Assembly (NCBI GenBank): GCA_965205235.1
Contig: CBDBGD010000007.1
Coordinates: forward strand, 258,587 to 322,586
Direction: 5' to 3'
From: Dehalococcoidia bacterium
GTDB taxonomy: Bacteria > Chloroflexota > Dehalococcoidia > Lucifugimonadales > UBA1127
Length of the DNA stretch: 64,000 bases
Numbering within the stretch: the first letter of the stretch is position 1; every line of letters starts with the position of its first letter. Positions 46,564-55,741 of the stretch are shown piece after piece. The notes below the pieces were generated by a model, which was not told the origin of the DNA, searched no databases, and was given only the letters and a program-made list of their open reading frames with translations. The position numbers and the translations under genes are program-made.

Positions 46564-48713
46564 CGTTCGCGTTCAATACACTGCGGAGCCCCAGGAGACT
46601 CGCTCACCGAGTCATGTGGGTTAGCTCACTCTGTCTCATGGCCACCGTCCTTATGGCAGCATGCGCGGACGACCGTCAAACCGTACCTACAGTCGAACCT
46701 ACACCCCTGCCAACTCCAGAACCTACACCTACACCGACACCGACACCAACTCCCACACCAACTCCTGAGCCTATACCGACACCTGAGCCCACATCGACAC
46801 CAGCTCCGAAACCCACCCCCACGCCAACTCCGGAACCCACACCGCCACCACCCCCGAGACCGCTTACTTCTGCCGAGATCTTCAGCAGAGTCTCACCATC
46901 CATCGCATTTGTAGAAACACGCAGTGGCACGGGCAGTGGGGTGTTGACCGCAGGAGGATACCTAGTAACGAACGCTCACGTAGTTTGGCCATACGATACT
47001 GCACGCATCGTTTTCCCCGACGGCTCAGAGTTCGCGGAGGTACGCGTTCATGGCTGGGACCTACTCGTAGACCTAGCCGTGCTTGGCCCCATTGATGTGG
47101 ACCTGGACACCTTGGCATTAGTGGATGGCGAGAGCCTGTCCATCGGTGTCGAGGTATTCTTGATAGGTTACCCGGGAGAGATTGAGGAATTCCCTAAGCC
47201 ATCAATCGGACGAGGGCTATTGTCTCGTGTCCGGGAGATGGAGTCTCTTGGTATCACCTACCTGCAGACCGATGCACCTGTGATAGGTGGCCAGAGTGGT
47301 GGGGCGCTTGTGTCTGCGATGGGAGAGGTGATTGGTATCAGTGGCTTTGCATTCACCGAAGGGGATTTCGGAATCGCTGCATCGTCTTCAGACATCGAGC
47401 CGCGTGTCAGACAACTGATCACTGGCGAGGACCCATCTGGACTGGGCGACAGGAGCCTCCCTCTATCCGGAGGGGACCTCCGTCACAATGTCCGGCTCCG
47501 CAATTTTTGGGCCCAACACGTCTACGTGATCAACGAGTCGTCGGGTACCACCGTCGAATTCGAGCTTGCTGGCAACAGCGATGGCGTGATCACCGTATAC
47601 GACTCTTTTGCTTCAGAGCTGCTCTATGTCGACGATAACAGCACAGGAGAAGAGATTGGTTCAGTAGCCATCGCGTACGATGAACCTCACTTCTTGGTTG
47701 TATCTCACCTGTCCGAGACCCCCGGTGACTTCACCTTGACAAGCAGCCACCGACTAGCGTCCCTTCATGACCCAGACGATGGCCAGCAAATCGAGATAGG
47801 ACAGCCCCTCTTGGGAAACATAGACTTCCCTGGGGACGTTGACTACTTCTTTGTTCACCTCACAGAAGGTGAGGTCATTGAAGTCGTAGCGCGCTCTGTA
47901 CTCGCCGACACCTTTCTGAGTATCGACTATCTGGGAGCATTAGATGAGCAGATAATCGTAGATGACGACCGCGGAGGCGGCCTGTTCGGACTGGATTCGA
48001 TGGTCGTCTACCGAGCGCCCCACACTGGGAACTACTTTGCGGTTGTGCATGACGCAAACTCTTACGCTCCTGGCGGATATGTCATCACCGTGGATCGTGC
48101 TCATCCTGGAGCTACTCCAACGACAACGACGCTGGCCTCCCTATTTGAGGAGCAAGGTGACGGTATTGGCTCGGTTGCATCTTCCGATTTCGGGCTGATT
48201 GAACTACGGGCGGCGTTCCAGGGCCTACCAACCTCCTTCTATGAAGCAGACCCAGCAGATCTGGATCTCTCAATCGCAGGACTGGGATTGGAGGACTACT
48301 TCAACACCCTAGTCATATTCGTCAATGAAGATCCCTTCCAGATGATCATGGCGGCAACCGGACAGGTCAGCGAATCTGAACGCGAAGCGTGGGATGTGGA
48401 ACTGTCATCGGTCACTTTTGTGGACGATGTGGTGCAGGGGTTCCTCGCTGAAGCTGAGGGGGAAGAGAGTTTCGAGCTCCACGCCAGTGGAAGTCTGGAG
48501 TCGTCCGCGGTTGGAGTGAGCTCGTCTGGCGCCTATCTGGACGCCACTATCGAAGGAATTCGGCTACACATAGAACTCATCATGTTTAGGCGCGGGGACC
48601 TCGTTGGAGTCGTCTACTCTTACGGTCTCCCGGGAACAGAACTATCCGTATCAGTCGAAGAGGCGACGCGGATGCTTGACAGCCAAATTAGCGCCGTCAT
48701 ATTGGCAAGGTAA
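46560..48713 (+). CDS. secreted trypsin-like (S1) serine protease with PT-rich linker and PPC-like C-terminal region
   Basis: Signal/TM segment, ~55-aa Pro/Thr linker, catalytic His in VTNAHVV, Asp in DLAVL, Ser in GGQSGGALV, and a later GDVDYFFVHLTEGEVIEV (pre-peptidase C-terminal-like). Confidence 0.8.
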   Translation: MTFAFNTLRSPRRLAHRVMWVSSLCLMATVLMAACADDRQTVPTVEPTPLPTPEPTPTPTPTPTPTPTPEPIPTPEPTSTPAPKPTPTPTPEPTPPPPPRPLTSAEIFSRVSPSIAFVETRSGTGSGVLTAGGYLVTNAHVVWPYDTARIVFPDGSEFAEVRVHGWDLLVDLAVLGPIDVDLDTLALVDGESLSIGVEVFLIGYPGEIEEFPKPSIGRGLLSRVREMESLGITYLQTDAPVIGGQSGGALVSAMGEVIGISGFAFTEGDFGIAASSSDIEPRVRQLITGEDPSGLGDRSLPLSGGDLRHNVRLRNFWAQHVYVINESSGTTVEFELAGNSDGVITVYDSFASELLYVDDNSTGEEIGSVAIAYDEPHFLVVSHLSETPGDFTLTSSHRLASLHDPDDGQQIEIGQPLLGNIDFPGDVDYFFVHLTEGEVIEVVARSVLADTFLSIDYLGALDEQIIVDDDRGGGLFGLDSMVVYRAPHTGNYFAVVHDANSYAPGGYVITVDRAHPGATPTTTTLASLFEEQGDGIGSVASSDFGLIELRAAFQGLPTSFYEADPADLDLSIAGLGLEDYFNTLVIFVNEDPFQMIMAATGQVSESEREAWDVELSSVTFVDDVVQGFLAEAEGEESFELHASGSLESSAVGVSSSGAYLDATIEGIRLHIELIMFRRGDLVGVVYSYGLPGTELSVSVEEATRMLDSQISAVILAR

Positions 48714-48785
48714 GACCGTTGGCAGGGAGCAGGCACGAGACAGAGCATCGCGCCCAAATGTTCACTGTCACGCTAGGAGGATGAC

Positions 48786-49313
48786 ATGGAAGGTCGAGAT
48801 CTCTTGGCCGATGGACTGGAGAGGGTGCAGGCCATGCTGCATTACGTGGTGGACGAGCTGACCCTGGAGCAGCTCCTCTACCAGCCCAAGGAGGGGTGCA
48901 ACTCCATCGCCTGGCTGGCGTGGCACCTGACCCGAGTCCAGGACCACCACCTATCGGACTTGGCAGGCATCCCCCAGGCCTGGGTCAGCGAGGGGTGGCA
49001 CTCGGTCTTCGATATGGCGCCCGACCCGACGAACACGGGCGGCGGCCACACGCCGGAGGAGGTCGCAGCATTCCGGCCCCCCGACGGCGCGGCCCTGCTG
49101 CGTTACCACGACGCGGTATACAAGCGCTCGATGGCCTACGTGGCCACGCTGGCTCCGGCCGACCTGGACGTGGAGATCAACGAGCCGCAGTACCAACCCC
49201 TGCCCACGGTGGGCGTGCGTATGGTGAGCGTCATCAACGACAACACGGAGCACGCGGGCCAAGCGGCCTATCTGCGCGGCATGCTTCAGGGCGCCGGGTG
49301 GTTGGGGGTCTGA
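48786..49313 (+). CDS. DinB-family protein
   Basis: IAWLAWHLTRVQDHH ... NTEHAGQAAYLRG. Confidence 0.75.
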   Translation: MEGRDLLADGLERVQAMLHYVVDELTLEQLLYQPKEGCNSIAWLAWHLTRVQDHHLSDLAGIPQAWVSEGWHSVFDMAPDPTNTGGGHTPEEVAAFRPPDGAALLRYHDAVYKRSMAYVATLAPADLDVEINEPQYQPLPTVGVRMVSVINDNTEHAGQAAYLRGMLQGAGWLGV

Positions 49314-49426
49314 CGCTTGGCCGCTGCTGTTGACACCTTCTCAAGGCCCCCAGTACACTAGCGCCGACCCCGCATGCCCAGTTGGGTAACTCTATGTCGG
49401 GGCGAGGTCCAGGGAGGAGAGGACGT

Positions 49427-50176
49427 ATGGCATCACTCGTACCGCCGAAGAAGGAAATCACCCAAGAGCTTATCGAGCTGGCGAAGCGGGCCAGCACGGC
49501 CACCATCTCCGGCGAGCTATCGAAGCGGGGGTTCCGCTTTGTCTACATGGCCGGGGTCCTGCCCGTCAAGGCCGGCACCGTGATGGCCGGGCGCGCCTAC
49601 ACGCTGCGCTACCTGCCTCGCCGGGAGGACCACAACTCGGAGAACGACCGGGCCGGATACGCCGAGCACGTAGCCATCGAGTCCGTTGGGCCCGGTGACG
49701 TGCTGATCATCGACGCTCGGGGGAACGTGGGCGCCGGTGTCTTCGGCGACCGCCTGGTGGCCCGGATGGTCTATCGAGGCGCCGAAGGCATGGTCACAGA
49801 CGGCGCCATGCGGGACATCCCCTACCTGCGCGGACAGGACTTCCCGGTCTTCATCCGGGCGCCCCACGGCTACGGGCACACCGCCGAACACTGGGCGATG
49901 GACTGCCAGTTGCCCGTGGCCTGCGGCAACGTGCTGATCTACCCCGGCGACCTGGTGGTAGGCGACGACGACGGCGTTGTGGTCTGCCCGCAGGACATCG
50001 CTGAGGAGGTCATCGTCAAATCCGTGGCGCAGGAGGAAGAGGAGGAGTTCACCCGCGAGCTGATCGAAGAGGGCGCCAACATCGTCGACGTCCACGGGAA
50101 GCTCCTGGGGGAGACGCTCGATCGCTACAAGAGGTGGCGCGAGGCCAAGGGTCTGCCGCCGATGATCGAGAAGTAG
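49427..50176 (+). CDS. RraA-family protein (RraA / HMG-CHA aldolase-like)
   Basis: GGGAGGAGAGG precedes ATG 49427. Motifs GDVLIIDARG...GVFGDRLV...GMVTDGAMRD. Confidence 0.8.
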   Translation: MASLVPPKKEITQELIELAKRASTATISGELSKRGFRFVYMAGVLPVKAGTVMAGRAYTLRYLPRREDHNSENDRAGYAEHVAIESVGPGDVLIIDARGNVGAGVFGDRLVARMVYRGAEGMVTDGAMRDIPYLRGQDFPVFIRAPHGYGHTAEHWAMDCQLPVACGNVLIYPGDLVVGDDDGVVVCPQDIAEEVIVKSVAQEEEEEFTRELIEEGANIVDVHGKLLGETLDRYKRWREAKGLPPMIEK

Positions 50177-50302
50177 GCCCGCCGAACCACCCTCGGGAAC
50201 GAGACGCACGTAGGGGCGGTCTACAGGACCGCCCCTACTCATGTCGCTCTACCACCCAACGGCGCGATGGGACCCCGCCGTTGCCGGGATCGGAAGTGTC
50301 AC

Positions 50303-50503
50303 CTACCTCCGACGCCGCCCGCCCGGCCTGCGAGTGGGCTGGATCTGGTGAGGCTCCACGCTCTCCAGCTTGGCTTCCGGCATCGTCGCCAGGCGCTCCG
50401 CCAGGGCGTTGTACACGTTGGCGGTGCTCTCCACCTGATCGTCTGTGGGTTTGAGGCCCGCCCTCTCGAGAAGTGTGCGGGCCAACTCCGGTGTCATGGC
50501 CAT
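50303..50503 (-). CDS. small GatC/AtzG-like protein (66 aa)
   Basis: AAGGAG lies 7 nt before the ATG. LLERAGLKPTDDQVESTANVYNALAERLATMPEAKLESVEP resembles the GatC helix-loop ending in veP. It lies immediately downstream of the amidase gene. Confidence 0.5.
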   Translation of the reverse strand: MAMTPELARTLLERAGLKPTDDQVESTANVYNALAERLATMPEAKLESVEPHQIQPTRRPGGRRRR

Positions 50504-50539
50504 CGTCGTTCTCCTTCGCCTCTGAGACTTCGGCGTCGT

Positions 50540-51958
50540 TTACAGCTTGGGGTGCATGGTGTGCCACTCGGTGGCCTGCTCGTAGGCGTGGGCCACCTTG
50601 AGCACCAGGTCGTCCTCAAAGGCCCGGCCAGCAATCTGAAGGCCTACCGGAAGCCCCTGAGGGGAGAAGCCGCAGGGGACGCTGACCGCAGGCTGCCCCG
50701 TGAGGTTGAAGGTCCGGGTGGAACTCATGTCGATGGCGCCCCGGGTGGCGCCACCCCCGCCGCCCCTAGGCGGCGCGCCCCGAATGGAAGCCTGCTGGAT
50801 AGGGCCCGGCGGAGTGTTTTGAACGGGGCTCACCAGCACGTCCACCTGCTGCAGGGCTTCCACGATCTCCGCCTGGATGAGACGCCGGAGCTGCTGCGCC
50901 TTGTGGTACATGGTGGAGGGTGCAACGAGGCCCAGTCGCACCTTCTGCTGCACCATGGGCGTGTATTCGTCCAGCCGGTCCAGCCAGGGAGCGTGGACCT
51001 GGGCCATTTCGCTCCAGGTGATGATGTTCCCCGTCGCGCCGGTGTACTCACCCGTGACGGGAAGGGAGATCTCCGTGACCTCAGCGCCGAGCTCCTGCAG
51101 CACGACGATGGCCCGCTGTATCAGCTCGGCCACCTCGGCGGAGGCCCCGTCGTTCAGCTCCCTGGGGATACCGATGCGTATGCCGCGGATGTTCCGGTCC
51201 AGGGCCGCCTGGTAGTCGGGGATGGGGACCCTGGCCGAGGAGGGGTCCTGGGCGTCGTAACCGGCCACGGCGCCGAGCATGATGGCGCAGTCCTCCACCG
51301 TCCGAGTCATGGGCCCGGCGTGGTCGATGGACCAGCTCAGCGGGAAGACACCAAAGCGGCTCACCAGTCCGTAGGTGGGCTTGAGCCCCACGATGCTGTT
51401 GTGAGAGGCAGGCCCACGGATGGAGCCGCCCGTGCAGGATCCCATCGAACCGAAGACCATGCCCGCCGCGACGGATGCGCCCGACCCGCTGGATGAGCCT
51501 CCGGGGGTGTGGTCCAGGTTCCAGGGGTTGCGGACCTCGCCGTAGAGGGCGTTGTGGTTGCCGCTGGCGAACTCGAGGCAGTGGTTCTTGCCGAGCAGTA
51601 CGCCCCCCGCCCGGTCGAGGTTGCGGACGGCAGTCGAGTCATGGTCCGGGACGTTGTCCTTGAAGACGCTGGACCCGATGGTGGTCCGCACTCCCTTGGA
51701 GTTGTAGATGTCCTTGACGGCATAGGGGATGCCGTGCATGGGCCCGCGGCCCTTGCCTCGGGCGATCTCCTGCTCGGCTCGCCGGGCGGCGACCAGGGCC
51801 TGGTCGCCCAGCACGGTGAGGAAGGAGTTGATCTTCCCGTCGTGGTGCTCCACCTGGTCCAGGCAGGCCTGGGTCAGCTCCACCGGGGAGAGCTGCCGGG
51901 AGCGAATGGCCGCCGCGGCGTCGGCAATCGTCATCGACATCAGGTCGGTTATTGGCAT
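50540..51958 (-). CDS. amidase-signature family amidase (GatA-like)
   Basis: GGSSSGSGASVAAG, KDIYNSKGVRTT, ~470 aa. AGGAGG lies 6 nt before the ATG. Confidence 0.9.
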   Translation of the reverse strand: MPITDLMSMTIADAAAAIRSRQLSPVELTQACLDQVEHHDGKINSFLTVLGDQALVAARRAEQEIARGKGRGPMHGIPYAVKDIYNSKGVRTTIGSSVFKDNVPDHDSTAVRNLDRAGGVLLGKNHCLEFASGNHNALYGEVRNPWNLDHTPGGSSSGSGASVAAGMVFGSMGSCTGGSIRGPASHNSIVGLKPTYGLVSRFGVFPLSWSIDHAGPMTRTVEDCAIMLGAVAGYDAQDPSSARVPIPDYQAALDRNIRGIRIGIPRELNDGASAEVAELIQRAIVVLQELGAEVTEISLPVTGEYTGATGNIITWSEMAQVHAPWLDRLDEYTPMVQQKVRLGLVAPSTMYHKAQQLRRLIQAEIVEALQQVDVLVSPVQNTPPGPIQQASIRGAPPRGGGGGATRGAIDMSSTRTFNLTGQPAVSVPCGFSPQGLPVGLQIAGRAFEDDLVLKVAHAYEQATEWHTMHPKL

Positions 51959-52095
51959 GGCGCCCCTCCTGTTCTAGCTCCTCCGGCGTCTGCGGCCCTC
52001 ACGAAGAGGGCATGCGACGCGTAGGAGGCGGGCTGGATGACGGGATTGTATCATGCCGCAAGGAGTTGGCAAGTGAGGGCACAGGCGCGGTGCGG

Positions 52096-52167
52096 AGCCA
52101 CCGCTCGGATTCGAACCGAGGACCCGCGCTTTACGAAAGCGCTGCTCTGCCTCTGAGCTACGGTGGC
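52096..52167 (-). tRNA. tRNA-Thr (anticodon CGU)
   Basis: Folded by hand. Acceptor stem GCCACCG/CGGTGGC, D arm GCTC-AGAGGCA-GAGC, anticodon arm GCGCT-TTCGTAA-AGCGC, T arm CTCGG-TTCGAAT-CCGAG. Confidence 0.9.
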
Positions 52168-52256
52168 CCGCAACGGCTATTATAGTACAGAATTCGTCAC
52201 CACACTGGCCCGTGCATGGACAATGCAGGCAGAAGCGGGCCGAGGAGGGAGCAATC

Positions 52257-52985
52257 GTGGGCCGACCCGAAGCCGCGGAGCCCCGCCGGATCCTTGCGGT
52301 CTTCGCCCACCCGGACGACGAGACGTCCGTGGCGGGCGGCACCATCGCACGGTCGGTGCAGGAGGGGGTGGAGGTCACCGTGGTGACGGCGACACGCGGC
52401 GAGTGGGGCACGCTGGGCACGGGCCGCATGACCATCGCACGAGAGGAGCTGCCGGCGGTCCGCGAGGCGGAGCATCGGGCGGTGATGCGGCTTTACGGCG
52501 CCCATCCCCCGGTCTTCCTAGGCTACGAGGATGCGACGATGGGGGAGGCGGACCTCGCCTCGGCCATCCGACAGGTGGCGGCAGAGATGCAGCGCGTGCG
52601 ACCTGACATCATCATCACATGGGGCCCGACGGGAATGTCTCGACACCCGGACCACATCGCAGTCCACCAGGCCACGGTGGAGGCTTTCCGAGCGTACGCC
52701 GCCTCTGCGGCGGCTCGCCTCTTCTACGCCGCTCTTCCGCTGGACGTTGCCCGCCGGTTCGAAGCGGAGATCGAGGGGCCGGAGGCGTCGCCCACGGTCC
52801 GCATCGACATCACCGACTACCTGCAGACCAAGGCCCGGGCCCTGCGCATCTACCGTTCGCAGGAGGATGCCCAGGCGATCGCAGCGGTGTTGGAGCAGGC
52901 CCCCGAGTGGACCGCCAGTGAGTACTTCCACCAAGCCTACCCTGAAGTCGACGGCGCTGCGCTGACAAACACGCTCTGGGGGTAG
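52257..52985 (+). CDS. PIG-L/LmbE-family deacetylase
   Basis: ILAVFAHPDDETSVAGG, HPDHIAVH. GTG 52257 has GGAGGGA 6 nt upstream; the ORF-track start is 52212. Confidence 0.85.
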   Translation: MGRPEAAEPRRILAVFAHPDDETSVAGGTIARSVQEGVEVTVVTATRGEWGTLGTGRMTIAREELPAVREAEHRAVMRLYGAHPPVFLGYEDATMGEADLASAIRQVAAEMQRVRPDIIITWGPTGMSRHPDHIAVHQATVEAFRAYAASAAARLFYAALPLDVARRFEAEIEGPEASPTVRIDITDYLQTKARALRIYRSQEDAQAIAAVLEQAPEWTASEYFHQAYPEVDGAALTNTLWG

Positions 52986-52988
52986 CCC

Positions 52989-54053
52989 GTGACCGTCTGG
53001 AGGTACATCCTCCACGCCGACCTGGACGCCTTCTACGCCTCCGTGGAGCAGCACGACAATCCGGCCCTGCGGGGCCGTCCGGTGGCCGTGGGCGGGCCTC
53101 CCGAGGCCCGGGGCGTGGTCGCCGCCGCCTCCTACGAGGCCCGCCGTCACGGGGTGCGGTCAGCGATGCCGATGCGCACGGCGCTGCGCCTCTGCCCGGA
53201 GCTGGTCCGGGTCTCGGCGCGCTTCGACCGCTACCGGGAGGTCTCCCAGGCGGTCATGGGCATCTTCCACGACCTGACCCCGCTCGTAGAGCCGCTCTCC
53301 ATGGACGAGGCATACATGGACGTCAGCGCCCAGGTGCCTCCTGAAGGCCTGGAAGAGACGGGTCGAGAGCTAAAGGCTCGGGTCAGGGAGGTCACCGGCT
53401 TGGCCGTGACCATAGGGGGCGGGACGTCCAAGTCCGTGGCGAAGATCGCCTCGCAGCAGGCCAAGCCCGACGGCCTGCTGCTGGTGCCGCCTGGAACGGA
53501 GGAATCCTTCCTGGCGCCCCTGGAGGTGAGCATGCTCTGGGGCGTGGGCCCGGTGACGACGGCCATGCTGAACCGGGCCGGCATCCGCACAATCGCGCAC
53601 CTGGCAGCGAGGGACGACGACTGGCTGCGAAAGGCCCTTGGAGCGCGGGGTCTGGAACTGCAGCGTCGGGCCAAGGGCCAAGACCAAGACCCCGTGCTCC
53701 CTACACGCGAGACCAAGTCAGTGAGCGCAGAAACTACCCTGGCCCAGGACGTCTCGGACGCCGCAATTCTCCAGACGGAGCTCGCCCGCCTCTCGCGACG
53801 AGTCGTGGAGCGGCTTCAGGCGTCGGATCTGCGGGGAAAGACAGTGTCGATCAAGCTGCGCTTGGCGGACTTCACGACCTTTACACGGCAGACTACTCTC
53901 GATGCCCCAACAAGCGACGCTGCAACGATTGCCGCCGCTGCGGACATGCTGCTCCTACGGGAGATCGCGCCCGGCCGACGCTTCCGTCTGCTTGGCGTGG
54001 GGGTCAGCAACTTTGCCGAGGTGCTGCAGCAACCCCTCTTCACACCGCCGTAA
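52989..54053 (+). CDS. dinB: DNA polymerase IV (Y-family)
   Basis: ILHADLDAFYASVEQ, SMDEAYMDV, GGTSKSVAKIASQQAKPDG. Confidence 0.9.
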   Translation: MTVWRYILHADLDAFYASVEQHDNPALRGRPVAVGGPPEARGVVAAASYEARRHGVRSAMPMRTALRLCPELVRVSARFDRYREVSQAVMGIFHDLTPLVEPLSMDEAYMDVSAQVPPEGLEETGRELKARVREVTGLAVTIGGGTSKSVAKIASQQAKPDGLLLVPPGTEESFLAPLEVSMLWGVGPVTTAMLNRAGIRTIAHLAARDDDWLRKALGARGLELQRRAKGQDQDPVLPTRETKSVSAETTLAQDVSDAAILQTELARLSRRVVERLQASDLRGKTVSIKLRLADFTTFTRQTTLDAPTSDAATIAAAADMLLLREIAPGRRFRLLGVGVSNFAEVLQQPLFTPP

Positions 54054-54069
54054 GTCAGAGGTCTGCGTG

Positions 54070-55707
54070 CTACGACGTCTCGCCGTAGACCGCGGTGGTG
54101 GGGTGGAAGAGGTACCAGCCGAACCAGTAGGCGATGTTGCTGTGAATGCGGGCCAGCCACTGGTCAGGTGCGCCCTCCAGGACCAGAGCGTCCTCCTCCA
54201 TCCGCCAGGACCGCCCCTGCTCGTCCACCAAGGCCGGGGCGGCGGCATCCGGCTCCGGGGGCAGGCTGAAGGTGTGGTCGCCTCGCTCGTAGACGCGGCC
54301 GCCCACGGGGCCGCTGGAGACGACGACCACGTTCTCACCGCCCAGCATGTCGTTCAGGAGGACGGCCTCGTGTAGCGCTGTCAGGAGGTATGCCTTTGGT
54401 TGGCCGTTGATGCGAAGCCCCAGCACCTCGACCTTCTCCGGCAACAACTCACTGCGCCGCCAGGCAGGGAACATGGCCTGAGGACTCAGGCGGTAGCCGT
54501 AGTAGACGGAGCCGCTGTTCTCCTCCGGGCGATAGGCCCACTTGGGATAGACACCCGTGTCGTCGCTCAGCACGGTGGTGTCGGGGTGAGCCGCGAGCCA
54601 CTCGCCCCAGGAGGTGACCACCACAGGCAGCGCTTCCAGCACCAGGCCGCTGTCGACCAGCGGGCCCACGATGGGCTCTCCAAGGAACTGCTGCCACATG
54701 GTCTTGGTCTGCCGGTCGTACATCATCTTGTTGGCACGATGCATGAACCAAGGCGTGGCGAACTCGAACACCTGCCCGTCGACCTCCCTGGCATACACGA
54801 TGCCAGAACCGCAGACGGTTCAGTAGGCGAGCGCGATAGGGACGCCTCCCAGCACGTCGTTGGCCATCTCATGCAGGTTCATGACCCGGTGCGGGTAGGC
54901 CCGGTGCTCACCATTGATGGAGACGCCGAAGACTCGATCTCCGGGAGCCAGGTACGTAGCCTCGGTCGGTGAGATGACCGGCGCGTTGGTCAGGGCGGGG
55001 ATGCCCGCCTCGTCGACGCCGCCCCAGACCACCTCCTCCAGCCGGATCCGAGTCTTGACCCCCTCGTAGAAGAAGCTGCCCACTTCCTCGTTGAAGAGGC
55101 GAGTGTAGAGCTTGCCCTTGAACTCGGCGTACCCCGGCGGGCCTGTCACCTCGGGGTGCCGGCCCAGCCACTCCAGCCACCAGTTCCACCATCGGTCCTC
55201 CCACAGCGGCTGCGCCCCCTGGTACGCCTCGAGGAGCTGCTCCAGGGCCTGATACACGGCGGTGCCTACGATAGCGTCCAAGCGAAACTGGAAACGGGCG
55301 AACTCCAGCAGGACGGGGATGTAGGAGGGGTCGCCACTTTCGCCCATCTCCCGGATGACTGCGATCTCGCCCACGAGCGCCTGGCTCAGGGCCGCCGACA
55401 TGAGCCTCTGCGGGGTCCTGGGCACGTCGGCGGCGGCTCTGGACGACTCTGAGGGCGAGGGGGAGCCGGTTGCCTGCGCTGTCGGCTCTGGGGCGCTTGG
55501 GGTCGCCGTTGGCGCTGTCGCCTGCTGGGCGGCGGCTGACGTGGATGGGGCGGGGGCTTGCGCGGCAGACACCTCGACGCCTTGCGTGGTCGGGGCTTCT
55601 TCGTCGCTGCCGGAGGAGCAGCCGGCGAGGGCCAGCGCGGCAAGGAGCACAGCCGTGCTCAGGAAAGACCAGCGCCCTACTCCGCGTATCCTGTTCATCC
55701 CACCCAT
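54070..55707 (-). CDS. DUF3179-domain lipoprotein with in-frame TGA (54822-54820): candidate selenoprotein, or a nonsense pseudogene
   Basis: Lipobox LALAGC. Two same-frame ORFs are split only by the TGA. One DUF3179 domain runs across it: ...HEMANDVLGGVPIALAY-[TGA]-TVCGSGIVYAREVDGQVFEF...MMYDRQTKTMWQQ. Confidence 0.6.
54776..54819 (-). promoter_or_regulatory. SECIS-like stem-loop directly 3' of the TGA
   Basis: Lower stem CCGUC (54818-54814) / GACGG (54780-54776). A 5x5 internal loop. Upper stem UUCUGGCAU (54808-54800) / AUGCCAGGG (54794-54786), made of 7 Watson-Crick and 2 G-U pairs. Apical loop CGUGU (54799-54795). Confidence 0.4.
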
Positions 55708-55741
55708 CGTCCTGACCCGCGGAGCCAGGCGCCGCTGCGTT

